From Eledone cirrhosa (taxonomy: Eukaryota), in contig OZ024741.1 in the NCBI GenBank assembly GCA_964016885.1, positions 95,232,001 to 95,296,000 on the forward strand: DNA of 64,000 nt, written 5' to 3'. The notes below the pieces were generated by a model. That model did no database searches. It was given only the letters and a program-made list of their open reading frames with translations, and was not told where the DNA came from. The position numbers and the translations under genes are program-made. Positions 12,707 to 24,665 of this stretch are shown one piece after another (the stretch's first letter is position 1; each line of letters opens with the position of its first letter).

Positions 12707-12933
12707 TGTGTGAGTGTTATTTATTTATTTTTCCTTTAGCATTAGTTTACTTTGTTGTAATCCTGAGAATTGTTGGCTGACACTTGGTTTCTCTGTTTAC
12801 CACATCAGTTCTACCATCTGTTACCACCACAGTGTCTCTTCTTTTATTTGTAGACATGTTCTATTGCTGCAAGGTGTTGCTACTGAATAGAAACCCAGTG
12901 AATAAAGGGTGTGTATGTAGCACAACATTACCA
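12707..12933 (+). mobile_element. Probable solo LTR
   Basis: TG...CA ends, 4-bp TSD gaac/gagc, AATAAA at 12901; interrupts an element that is uninterrupted at 6320-6450. Confidence 0.6.
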
Positions 12934-12977
12934 GAGCTGCTTCACTGCCAAGCCATATTTAATTTTTTTAATATACA

Positions 12978-13020
<43 letters not shown>

Positions 13021-13076
13021 TCTACTAATGTATTGAGTATCTTACTTACTGTGGTTACCCCCGATTGAACCCAGGA

Positions 13077-13139
<63 letters not shown>

Positions 13140-13319
13140 CTCTTTATCTTTACCTTCCTTATTTATGTATATCCGTCTAAAACCTATATAACAAACACTA
13201 CAAGTAAGAATCTTAATCAATAGCCAATATTTTTTCTTCCAACATGTTAGATTCAATCAATTGGGGATTTTCTACTTTTTTCTTCTTTCTGTGTTCTTTA
13301 TTTTTCTGATTATTAATTG

Positions 13320-13362
<43 letters not shown>

Positions 13363-13521
13363 TACAGTTACCAAGATGATAGGAAAAGTATTTTCTATAG
13401 TCCGGCTACTCTCTCGGATTACTTACTCAGCAAGAAATAGTTTGGACGCATATACGAGCCAACCATATTAACAAAATGTATATTTGTAATGAAGCAGTTG
13501 TACTTAGTGGTGTCCTGGACC

Positions 13522-13558
<37 letters not shown>

Positions 13559-13657
13559 ATTGAATACAAAACTTCAAAGGTTTTGAAAAACAACAGAAAT
13601 ACAATGGCAAATTGATACTAAAACAAATCTCTTTTATATAGATATCCATATTAAATT

Positions 13658-13730
13658 TTTCTTTCTGATGAACAATTTCAGATGTCTCTATTGAGGTCGC
13701 CTGTCGTCGTGAAACCTTTGATAAATGGAA
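13658..13730 (+). ncRNA. Decayed hammerhead-like motif with long stem II
   Basis: CTGATGA at 13665, imperfect 17-18 bp hairpin, GAAA at 13711; lies in a short (TA)n-flanked element. Confidence 0.45.
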
Positions 13731-13820
13731 TAATTGTATTGTGTTGTTTATTACATAATTAAATAGCTCTGTAGTATACATAGAGCACTCTTCCTTTCTT
13801 TACCCTTTCTACGGAAATAC

Positions 13821-13857
<37 letters not shown>

Positions 13858-15164
13858 TCAATACATTAATAGAGAAAGTACATATATATTTTATATATCT
13901 TATCATTGTTTAATGTCCATTTTCCATGCTACCATGAGTTAGATGAGTTGCCCCTTTGATCAGGTGACCATTTCTTGCTTATACAGAACTGTTTTGGGCT
14001 TGGTTTCTACAGCTGGATGCATTTCCTTATGCCAACCACATTTACTGCGTGGACTAGGTGGTTTTTATTGTGGCACCAAAATGACCAACTTATAGGTCTG
14101 GACCAGAGGCTTTCTGTAGTGTCACCAATATGACCACTTTTTAAGGTGGTTTGGGTACTTTTTGTCACATCACACATAATACATAGATGTTCCAAATTAT
14201 TGCATGGATGACTATTAGCAATGTAAGTGAAGGAGGGCAATATTGACTAGGAATTAAAGCTGTTGGAAAAGAATATATTTTGAGGAGGTGGAGTGGCTGT
14301 ACACTTGTCTCGTCCTCTCACCTATATTAAAAGGAAGGTAATATGGAACCAATCTACTTAAAACTATCCTTGTTTTATGATACAAAACTGTTCATTTTAA
14401 AGTTTTCATATTTAGATTAAAATATCCAACATAATTTTATCTAAGGCCTCTTCATTAAATTGTGTTCTGCAAAGCAACTTAAAAAATAAATAATAATTGT
14501 TTTTTGCCATATACTTCCAGATTACCTATTATTTTCAAAAAATTACTTAAGCACCTAAGCAATGTATTTTATTAAAAATATGGCAAGGAAAAGATTAATG
14601 TTTAGTTTTAAAATCTTTGAAGTTTGTGGGTTAGAAATAATTGGTATAGTGGGTGTATTCCGGAGAGGAAGGATTAGTCAAAGTCCTTAGTGTCAAGGTC
14701 AAGGAATTTGAATAAAGTGAAGGTTATGGTAGAATAAGATGTTTTAGTAACAAGTTTAGACAGAAGTGCTGTTTAGTCACTAAGTTCAATAGAGTAGGGG
14801 CCATTGTAGTAACAGTAAAATGATCAGAGAGAGAGGGATTTACTGTGCCACTGTGTTGCTAAAAATACATTCATCTATTATTTGATTCACTTCAACTCAA
14901 CAGAGCTAGTAATACTTTTTTGAATATTTTAAAAATTAAATCCAAGAGAGACAGCTATGATTTGCCAAAGGTTAGAATTTTTAATAAAGCAAGTAGCTTC
15001 ATGTAGTCATGATTTATGTAAACTTTCTTGGACTATTACTTGTCAGATTCTGTCATTGTTTGAAATTATGGTTTGATGCTGTAATCAATACATAGCTTCT
15101 AGTGTAGCAGAAAATAACATCAATAAGTAATGACAAGTTAGTGTGCTGTGACAAAATTGATTAC

Positions 15165-15630
15165 ACTGTTTGAAGGTGATGCGTTGAAATAGCCATTGCA
15201 ACACACAGGGCTCACTCTTGGGGGTTGCCAACTCCACTCCTATAGTAGTGAGTAAGAAGATGGTATGAAGACCAAGAACTCTGGAAATCCCCACCACTAC
15301 AGGTTCAACAACAAGCCTATTGGAAAGCAACCAATATTTCAACAACTTGGTTAATGAAGCATGGGTTAATTGCCAAATGCATCAGGTTGCTGAAGGTGAA
15401 AAGTGCTACATGTTGCATTCTAGATGAGAGACCTACCACTGTAGAATGGGAAGATTGTGATGCCAGCTGGCTTTCTTTTGTCCCCTCAGTCAAACCCTAC
15501 TGGCTCAAGCTGTGAAAGGAAGCCAGTGGTATCCAAGTCATGCTATGAGACAGATTATATCTGGGGTGCTGCAAGCCAGAGACCATTGTCCTACACCATC
15601 TGGAAAGGGGGTTGAGTGACTGTATCATTG
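15165..15630 (-). pseudogene. Relic of a CRE-like non-LTR element (restriction-like endonuclease C-terminus)
   Basis: Translates to LEPVGFD*GDKRKPAGITIFPF..GRSLI*NATC and KY..EPVVVGISRVLG..EP..LQWLFQRI, matching the RPDG/WD/KY/P.AVE/QRIS motif series. Confidence 0.65.
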
Positions 15631-15873
15631 GGGTAGTGGTTATTGAGTAATCTTTCTCATGTTTCAGGTGGCAATCTTTTTCAAAGAAATAATCAGAAGT
15701 GTATTGGGAGTCTGTAAATAAAGACTAAACCTTTCAACACACTTCACATTTTTTCAAAGAATAGTCTTCTTTAAAAAATCTTGAGATCTTGCCTTTCTTC
15801 CTCACCATAAACAGACTTACCTTATTTAATCTTTGGAATCCTGCTCCCTGTCAATTGCATGATATCCAACTAT

Positions 15874-16189
<316 letters not shown>

Positions 16190-17956
16190 AAGCACTGAAA
16201 ACAATTATATACATCAATTCAAATTGATAACAGATAACAAAGGTGCAAACATGACAAAAATCACACCAATGCCGTACTGAAGAACTTGGGCTAAAGCAAT
16301 GATGTAAAAAAATCATCACTGATTCATACAGAAAGCAGTGTAAATAACAATAGTAAAGCAGTTGTTCATCACAGAGTGGAATACTAAACTAGCATGATAT
16401 AGTCAAACATTGTCAGAACTGACATGTTGGGCATATGGTCAAATGGTGTTGTCACTGGATTACTGGGTTGGCAGGTTCAAAAAAGCACAACCAATTTTAT
16501 TAACTGTTTATTGCCAGTGTAACCCATGAAAAATTTCAACTGTACTTTAGTTCTTTATTTTTCATAGTGGAAAGACTGGTTTAAGAACAATAAGCAAACA
16601 CATGTTGATAGTATATTAGACCCGAGTTGAATAATATATCTTCTGTGACAGCTGGAGATTTATGCTGCATACCCATTTTCTTCATGGTGCAGATAAAGGC
16701 AGATCAACCTTAGAAGGAAGTCTCAGATGACTGAATCAATAGAATATTGAACAATTAGCTAGAAAGTTCACATTTTGTTATTGGCACAGTGTCCATAGTT
16801 AGAATACTTATCTCTCACTAGTCTAGTCCACTTAGCTATAATTAACTAGCACAGCTGCTGCACTGTAACACTCACAACTGTTTCATTAGGTTGTTGTTCT
16901 GTGTTCAATTCATTCTGTGATTATGACCAGAAAATCTACATAATATAGCCAATGATGTTACTTCAGTATGACCACAACCAGCAAGTAAATTAGTAAACTA
17001 TTTAAAGAGGTTAAAAGTACCATGACAATAAGTCATAATTTTACTGTCATATATGAGAGTAGAAGATTTGATTTTTAACTTATTTTTTAACTCTTTTGAT
17101 GTCAATCTGCTGGAAACCACCATGTCTTTGTGTCTGATGAAAAAAAAAAAAAATGTTTAAACATAGAAAATAGTGTTTTGTTTGAAAGCTACCACAATGT
17201 GAATTGGACAGTAAATGTTAAAAATATGATAACAATGATGTTGGGGTCTTATCTTGCAGTTCTTTATAGGTCCTTATATTTTGGGATAAAATCCCTTCAT
17301 CAAAAGATTAATAGCAGAAACTAGTTCAGAACCGTATAGTTTTTGCTGCTCTTTAGCTGCTATTTACTGTCCAATTCACATTTGTTTGTTTGCATGTCTC
17401 TGAACAATTTTCGATACATTATACAATGCTACAAGCAAACTACAACACCCTCTCATCTAAAAATATTTAGTTCCAAGATAAACAGTAGGTAAGGCAGCTA
17501 GGTGTAAATATGCTTGTTTCATTGGTGTAGAATGTGTGGTTAGGAAATTTATTTTGTAATCACAAAGTCTCAGATTCGATCCCACTGAAAATACCCCTGG
17601 TTCTATGATATAAAATTGTTTGTTTATTCTAGTGTTTATATTATATTAAAACCTTCTATCATAACTTTTTGTAAGAACATTTATGTTTCAAGCACCAACT
17701 TAATATTGATTTCTACTTTAGACACAAAGCCAGTAATTTCGGAAAAGGTGAAATTTAATTAAATCAACCTCAATACTGTTACTTGATTTAATCAACCCTG
17801 AAATGATGAAAGGCAAAGTTGACTTCGATGGGATTCGAACACAAACACAGAACATAAAGGGTCATACCTAAACATCTCAAATCATTTTGTCTGATGTTTT
17901 AACGATTCTACCAATCTACCATATTAATACACCTACCTAATAATGAGAAAGTTAAT

Positions 17957-18103
17957 GTATATACTTGAATATAAGCCAAATTCCATTTATAAGTCAAGGT
18001 AGTTTATCAACACATTGTTTAAATAGCGTATATAAGTTGCTCCTTCATTTTACCATCAATTTATTGGTCACATATTCCTTGGCTTATATTCGAATATATA
18101 TGG
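17957..18103. mobile_element. pogo/Tc-type MITE
   Basis: TIRs gtatatacttgaatataagcc / ggcttatattcgaatatatatgg; homolog of 45688-45850. Confidence 0.6.
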
Positions 18104-18539
18104 TAGTTATATCACTAAATCCCTTCAAAATGGTAGATTATTTTGAAAATGATTTTTAAAATATAGGCAATGTCTTTCATTTGAAATATGGTAAAGAAAG
18201 AGCTAAATTTCTGATTCATATTCAGAGTTGATTTTGACAAAATCTATAACTCTTCAAACCTAATGCTATTCCAGCCATTGCATTTTGTGGGTCAACTTGG
18301 AGAATATTACAGTTTTATAAATAGTTCCAACCATATCAGTTTTCAACCCAATTTATTTATTTACATGGTGTTTGAAAATTGTTTTGTTAACAACTGTAGT
18401 TATCCTGTGTATGTGTGTGAGGGAGCATGCACATGTGCTCGTGTGTGTGTGAGAGTGGGTAGACACATTTCTATCTACATTTTTCCGTTTCTAAGGGTAA
18501 TTTATATATAGCATACACATCTATGTGTGTAAGTGTGTG

Positions 18540-18587
<48 letters not shown>

Positions 18588-18590
<3 letters not shown>

Positions 18591-19096
18591 TCATACGTCC
18601 GCTTTCCCCTGCTTGCAAGGGTGGGACGGATCCTATTCAGCACAGCATCTCTCCACTTGTCACAGTTCTTCGTCATCTCCTCCGTGAGTTTCAGCAATCT
18701 GAGGTCTGCTCTCACCACCTCCGTCCATGCTTTTCCTAAATTTTTTTTTTTTTCATTTTACATCTGCTTTTCCCTGCTTGCAAGGGTGGGACGGGAACTG
18801 ATTCTGGCTTGATTTCTACAGCTCGATGACCTTCCTAACACCAACCTCATTTACAGTGAGTGCGGGGTGCTTTTTTTCCGTGGCGCCTACATGACCACTT
18901 TACAGTGTGGGCTGGGTGCTTTTTTGCAGTGGAATGATAGAGACCCCCAGTCCCTATCATCTCATTTCTACACCTGAGTAAACTGGAGCAATGAGAAATA
19001 AAGTGTCTTGCTCAAGGAAACAACACATCATCTGGTCTGAGAATTGAACTCACAACTTTTTGATTGCAAGGCCAATGCTCTAACCACTAAGCCTCC
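18588..19096 (-). mobile_element. RTE 3' fragment plus SINE S1 in tandem
   Basis: VRADLRLLKL..WRDAV peptide with tail, followed by an S1 copy. Confidence 0.75.
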
Positions 19097-20023
19097 ATAT
19101 ATATATATTTGAGTATATGTATATGTGTGTGTGTATTCTATAAACTAGAAATTTACCCATTTTTACCTAGTATGCAGTAGCAGCATTGGAATTTTTTTCT
19201 CTACTGAAATTTTATCCTATTGATATTGCTATCAATACCTTTGGCTTGTTTTACTTGCTTTCTTCTTCACAGGAAAGTAATTCTTAACAATAGATATTAT
19301 GTTCTAAATTTTCTTTAAAGCAACAAAAATAATTTGTTTCTATATATAGGTTCATACATGGCTGTGTGGTTAAGCAGTTTGTCTTTTAACAATGCGGCTT
19401 CAGGTTCCATTGCATTGTGTGCCACTTTGTGCTAGTGTCTTCTGCTATAGCCTTTTAAGTCAAACCAATTTGACAGGTTTGAACAGAAAGAGGTGAGAGA
19501 ATCCTGGCCAGTTACAGCTGGTTTAAATGCTAAATGGTTAAATCTTAAAACAAAGTCAGTGTATTTTTATCATCACCATCATCATCATCATCTTTTCTAT
19601 GTCCATTTTTTCATGCTTGCATGGGTTGGACGAGTCTTGTCCAGCACAGCTTCTTCCCACTCATTGCTTTTCTTCGTCATCTCCACAGTGAGGTTCAGTG
19701 TTTTGAGATCTGCGTTCACTTTTTCTTCCCAAGTCTTCTTTGGTCTTCCTCTACAGAAGCTTCCTCTCATCTGAAACTCCTGTCACTTCTTCACCCAATG
19801 GTTGGACACACACTCACACATACACATGCCAAGCTTACACTTTGTTTCCATCTACCAAATTTCATTCACAATGCAATTGTCAACCCAAGATTATATAGTA
19901 GAACACATGATGCCATGACATGGACACGAATCTAAAACCATTTGGTTATTAAGTGAACTCCTTCACTACACTCCCATGCCTGCCACTAATTGTTTGATAT
20001 CACAACATACTTCATTATTTTAT

Positions 20024-20336
20024 GGTGGATTGGCAGTATTGGTAGAGGGTCGGACGCCATGCTTTGATGCAAAGAGTTACAGCCCTTTCTATTCTGAGTT
20101 CAAATCCCGCCGAGGTTAACTTTGCCTTTCATCCTTACAGGGTCGATAAAATAAAGTACCAGTAATACACTGGGTAATTGCTGGCCTTGTGCCAAAAGTA
20201 GAAACAATTATTTTATTATCAAATCCCGCCGAGGTTGACCTTGCCTTTCATTCTTACGGGGTCAATAAAATAAAGTACCAGTAATGAACTGGTAATTGCT
20301 GGCCTTGTGCCTAAAGTAGAAACAATTATTTTATTA
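20024..20336 (+). mobile_element. SINE S2 with a tandem partial second copy
   Basis: Full unit followed by a duplicated B-box-to-tail segment. Confidence 0.8.
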
Positions 20337-20408
20337 TCAAAATAATTAAAATAATTTTTGTTAGTTAATATTATGCTACTATCATATATTGGTTAATTCA
20401 TATTCATA

Positions 20409-20765
20409 TGTATTTTTTTGTTATCTATTTAAGGTTTAAATACGGTGTTTTTGTCGTATTGAACAGAACAAATCTTGCAGTTTTGCTTTTTGTTAAATCG
20501 CTTGTTAAACATTCATAACCTTCCAGCTATCTTAATTCTATCGTATTTGTCCAATTCCTTAATTCTATCGTATTCTCAAACAAAAAACAAAATCCTTCCC
20601 ATTCTACTTATAAATTACTTTAAATATATATAGTATGCTACTTGAAAGTCAAAAATCCGCTCCACCCCTTCACCCTCCTTACTACTCCACGAGGGGCTGC
20701 GGTCAGCCACAATATCTCTCCCCCTTCCCCCCCTCTCTTTCTTCCCCTCTATCTCTCTCTTAGCT

Positions 20766-20800
<35 letters not shown>

Positions 20801-21086
20801 AGATAAGTTCTCCTTCATGTTTATTCACTTTCGCCAATCCACCGCTGCTTCAATTATTTCTATGATGTACTCATGTAAATCGTAAAGTACAAATTCTTCT
20901 CTCCATTCCACGCTCAATTTCGTACATAGTCCAAACAAACATCCAATCTCGCAAAATCCGAAATCTGTATTTTTTTGTTATCTATTTAAGGTTTAAATAC
21001 GGTGTTTTTGTCGTATTGAACAGAACAAATCTTGCAGTTTTGCTTTTTGTTAAATCGCTTGTTAAACATTCATAACCTTCCAGCTA
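20409..21086 (+). repeat. Identical 121-bp direct repeats (20409-20529 and 20966-21086)
   Basis: Direct comparison, no mismatch seen. Confidence 0.9.
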
Positions 21087-21308
21087 GCTACCCCACACCC
21101 CTCCCTCCCGCCCCCACACGCCACCATACTTAATACGTGGACCAATCATAAGCCAGAGCCCCCCCCCCCCCCCCCCGCATCACCACCATTATTATAAGCC
21201 AGAGCCCCCCACCCCCACGCATCACCATTATTATTATTATTACGCGGACCAAATCATAAGCCAGAGGCCTATACTATCGCTTGCCCGGTTGCCTTCGATA
21301 TATGATGG

Positions 21309-24300
21309 ATGGATGGACGGACGGACTGCGGAATCCTGGAGAGTGGAAGGGAGAGAAAAATCTGGACGCCCAGAGCGAAAATGCCAAAGTTAAAGTCAAA
21401 TTCACCTCGTGGACGAGAATGCGAGCACTCCTCTTTGTTTCGTCCGCGGATGGCTAACATAACCCTATCTCCTCCCGCCCCCCACCACCCCCACCCTCCA
21501 AACGCAACCCAAAACTTCAGAGTTGGTACCATAAATGTAGGCACCCTAAAGGGTCGCGCTAACGAGGTTGTAGAAATGCTTGAACGTAAGGAGGTCGATG
21601 TTTGTTGTATTCAAGAGACCAGGTGGAGGGGTGGGTCTGCTAGATTCATTGAGGGTAAAAAACGATGTTATAAGCTTTTCTGGGTGGGAAACGACGATGG
21701 GCTGGGTGGAGTAGGAATCATGGTAGCAGAAAAGTGGGCAGATAAGATAATAGACGTAAATAGAGTGAACGACAGAATAATTAAAATAAGACTTGTCCTC
21801 AATAGAACTACGGTGACAGTAATATCTGCGTACGCACCCCAATCCGGACTGCCCGGCACTATAAAAGACAGATTCTATGAGACACTGTTGCTAACTACCT
21901 CCCAAATATCTGACAGTGACTATATAATTATTGCAGGCGACCTAAATGGTCATGTTGGACAACATTGTGACGGCTACGACGAAATCCATGGAGGCTATGG
22001 GTTTGGTACTAGAAATGAGGAAGGCTCCAGAATCCTGGAATACTGTGATGCAAATAACCTAACTATCTGTAACACTAACTTCAAAAAACGTGACAATCAC
22101 CTGATTACCTATAGATCCGGGGAACACACAAGCCAGGTAGATTATATCCTTACCAGAAGACGTGACAGAGTGTCTGTTGTAAACACTAAATCCCTCCCCC
22201 ATGAAGAATGCACCTCCCAACATAGACTGATAATTAGCGACCTCATAGTCAGGACGAGACGTACCCGACAGCAGAAGAGGACTATCCTCAGGAGGAAAAT
22301 ATGGAAACTAAAGGACCCCACAGCCAGAAATAAATTTCAAAGCATATTACTTGATGCTTTCGACAGTAAGGAAGAGCATCTAGAATCGGACAATATAGAG
22401 GGACAGTGGAAATTTCTGAAAGCAAACCTGCTGTTGGCGACAGACGAAGTCTGTGGCTGGAGCAGGCCTGTAGGCAGGAGGAGAGTAACATGGTGGTGGA
22501 ACAATAGGGTGGAGGGGTCAATTAAGGCCAAAAAGCAGGCTTGGAAAGTATGGCGGGATGGGGGAAGTAGAGTAGACTATCAAGTGGCCAGGAGGGAAGC
22601 TAGGAGAGAAGTGTACTTAGCAAGAAGGGAAGCTGAGGAAAGAAAGTTCAAGCATGTTCTACAACGCGATGACCAAAAACGTGAGGTGTTCAGGATTGCC
22701 AGGCAATGCGTCAAGGAAAACCGTGATATTGTCGGGGAGAAGTGTGTACTTAACGATGATGGCATACTTGCCATCACCGACACTGATAAGAAGGTAGCTT
22801 GGAAGTGTCACTATGAAAGGCTACTAAATGAGGAGAATAAATGGGAGAAAGACAGTCTCCCCCATATCGACCCGATAGAGGGACCAGCAGTGTTAGTCGA
22901 GGGGAGTATAATAAGTAAGGCAATCAAGGATATGAAGACTGGTAAGGCGGCTGGGCCTTCGGAAATAGTTGCTGAGATGCTGAAGGCATCTGGCACGGTG
23001 GGACACACCATGGTCACCCGCATAGTTAACCAAGTCGTACAGAATGGGGTTGTTCCGAAGGACTGGCATAGCAGCATCATCGTTAACTGTTATAAGGGTA
23101 AAGGAGACGCCCTAGATAGGAGTAACTATAGAGGCATTAAATTAATCGACCAGGTCATGAAGGTCACGGAAAAAGTAATAGCGCAACTAATCAGAGAGAG
23201 AATTGATCTAGATGAAATGCAGTTCGGGTTTGTGTCAGGCAAAAGCACCACAGACGCTCTTTTCATAGTACGACAACTACAGGAGAAGTACCTAGCTAAA
23301 GGTAAACCCCTCTACTTAGCTTTTGTCGACCTGGAGAAAGCCTTCGACAGAGTCCCCCGCTCCATTATCTGGTGGGCTCTTAGAAAACTAGGCGTTGACG
23401 AATGGCTTGTGAGGGCTATACAAGCCATGTATAAAGAAACAGTCAGCAAGGTTAGAATTAACAACGAATATAGTGAAGAGTTTAGCGTAAAAGTTGGCGT
23501 CCATCAGGGCTCTGTTCTCAGCCCCCTACTATTTATTATTGCCCTTCAGGCTATAACAGAGGAGTTCAAGACAGGCTGCCCATGGGAACTCCTATACGCA
23601 GACGACCTGACACTCATAGCGGAATCAATGGCCGAGCTAGAGAAGAAATTCCAAACATGGAAGCACGGCCTAGAGTCAAAAGGACTTAAAATTAACCTGG
23701 CTAAGACCAAAGTTCTAGTTTGTAGGAAAGAAAACAAGGCGGCGGTCCCTTCTGGGAAATGGTCGTGCTCGGTATGTAGGAAAGGCGTAGGTAGAAACTC
23801 CATCTTATGTCCTAAATGCAAAGTATGGGTGCATAAAAGATGTAGTGGGATCACAGGTAAGCTAACTAAGAACATAGACTTTACATGTGGCCGGTGTTCT
23901 GGTGCAATAAGTAGCAGCAAGTGCCCAAAAAATACTAGCTCTTTCAATTGCGCAGAGGGTTCTATAGAAATAGTGGACAGCTTCCGTTACCTGGGCGATA
24001 AAATCAGCAGTGGGGGAGGGTGCTCTGAAAGTACTGTAGCTAGAGTCAGAACTGGTTGGAAAAAGTTCAGAGAGCTTATACCACTATTAGCTGCTAAAGG
24101 GTTCTCCCTAAAAATGAAAGGCAGGTTGTACGATGCCTGCATACGAACAGCAATGTTGCATGGTAGTGAGACCTGGGCATTGTGTGCAGAGGATATACGC
24201 AGACTAGAGAGGAACGAAGCTTGCATGCTCCGCTGGATGTGTAACAGTAATATACGTGAACGGCAAAGCATAAACGAACTAAGGAAAAAATTAGAGATAA

Positions 24301-24563
24301 GAGGGATCAGATGTTGTTTACTCGAGAGAAGGCTGCGTTGGTATGGACACGTGATGCGCATGAAAGTCGATAGCTGTATTACAAAGTGCAGGGCAATAAA
24401 GATAGACGGTAGCCACGGAATAGGCAGACCTAGAAAAACATGGGATGAGCTGATAAACTCCGACCTCACACACTTACACCTCTCCAAGACAATGTCACTG
24501 GACCGTGACCTTTGGCGGTACTCAGTAACAGAGAAGACCCGCCTTGCCAGTAGGCATCTCTAA
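21309..24563 (+). CDS. RTE LINE polyprotein: AP endonuclease, reverse transcriptase and an inserted PHD-type zinc finger (true start may be 21381 or 21449)
   Basis: GTINV, IQETRW, SAYAPQ, GDLNGH, VDYIL, SQHR; NYRGIKL, QFGF, FVDLEKAFD, GVHQGSVLSP, YADD, FRYLG; RRLRWYGHV and GRPRKTW typical of RTE; no stops over 1084 aa. Confidence 0.95.
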   Translation: MDGRTDCGILESGRERKIWTPRAKMPKLKSNSPRGRECEHSSLFRPRMANITLSPPAPHHPHPPNATQNFRVGTINVGTLKGRANEVVEMLERKEVDVCCIQETRWRGGSARFIEGKKRCYKLFWVGNDDGLGGVGIMVAEKWADKIIDVNRVNDRIIKIRLVLNRTTVTVISAYAPQSGLPGTIKDRFYETLLLTTSQISDSDYIIIAGDLNGHVGQHCDGYDEIHGGYGFGTRNEEGSRILEYCDANNLTICNTNFKKRDNHLITYRSGEHTSQVDYILTRRRDRVSVVNTKSLPHEECTSQHRLIISDLIVRTRRTRQQKRTILRRKIWKLKDPTARNKFQSILLDAFDSKEEHLESDNIEGQWKFLKANLLLATDEVCGWSRPVGRRRVTWWWNNRVEGSIKAKKQAWKVWRDGGSRVDYQVARREARREVYLARREAEERKFKHVLQRDDQKREVFRIARQCVKENRDIVGEKCVLNDDGILAITDTDKKVAWKCHYERLLNEENKWEKDSLPHIDPIEGPAVLVEGSIISKAIKDMKTGKAAGPSEIVAEMLKASGTVGHTMVTRIVNQVVQNGVVPKDWHSSIIVNCYKGKGDALDRSNYRGIKLIDQVMKVTEKVIAQLIRERIDLDEMQFGFVSGKSTTDALFIVRQLQEKYLAKGKPLYLAFVDLEKAFDRVPRSIIWWALRKLGVDEWLVRAIQAMYKETVSKVRINNEYSEEFSVKVGVHQGSVLSPLLFIIALQAITEEFKTGCPWELLYADDLTLIAESMAELEKKFQTWKHGLESKGLKINLAKTKVLVCRKENKAAVPSGKWSCSVCRKGVGRNSILCPKCKVWVHKRCSGITGKLTKNIDFTCGRCSGAISSSKCPKNTSSFNCAEGSIEIVDSFRYLGDKISSGGGCSESTVARVRTGWKKFRELIPLLAAKGFSLKMKGRLYDACIRTAMLHGSETWALCAEDIRRLERNEACMLRWMCNSNIRERQSINELRKKLEIRGIRCCLLERRLRWYGHVMRMKVDSCITKCRAIKIDGSHGIGRPRKTWDELINSDLTHLHLSKTMSLDRDLWRYSVTEKTRLASRHL

Positions 24564-24665
24564 CAAACTACACCCCGTCCCGCCACCACCCCCACCCCAT
24601 CCACACCACCCCGTTCTATGTAAAGTTATGTTGGTGCCGCGCCATCCAGGCCGAAACAAATGAGA

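Noticed and set aside
16200-17013. Possible piggyBac transposase relic
   Set aside because: Only faint motif similarity, too decayed to support by eye.
21546-24487. Antisense ORFs within the RTE
   Set aside because: Shadows of the coding strand with no recognisable domains.
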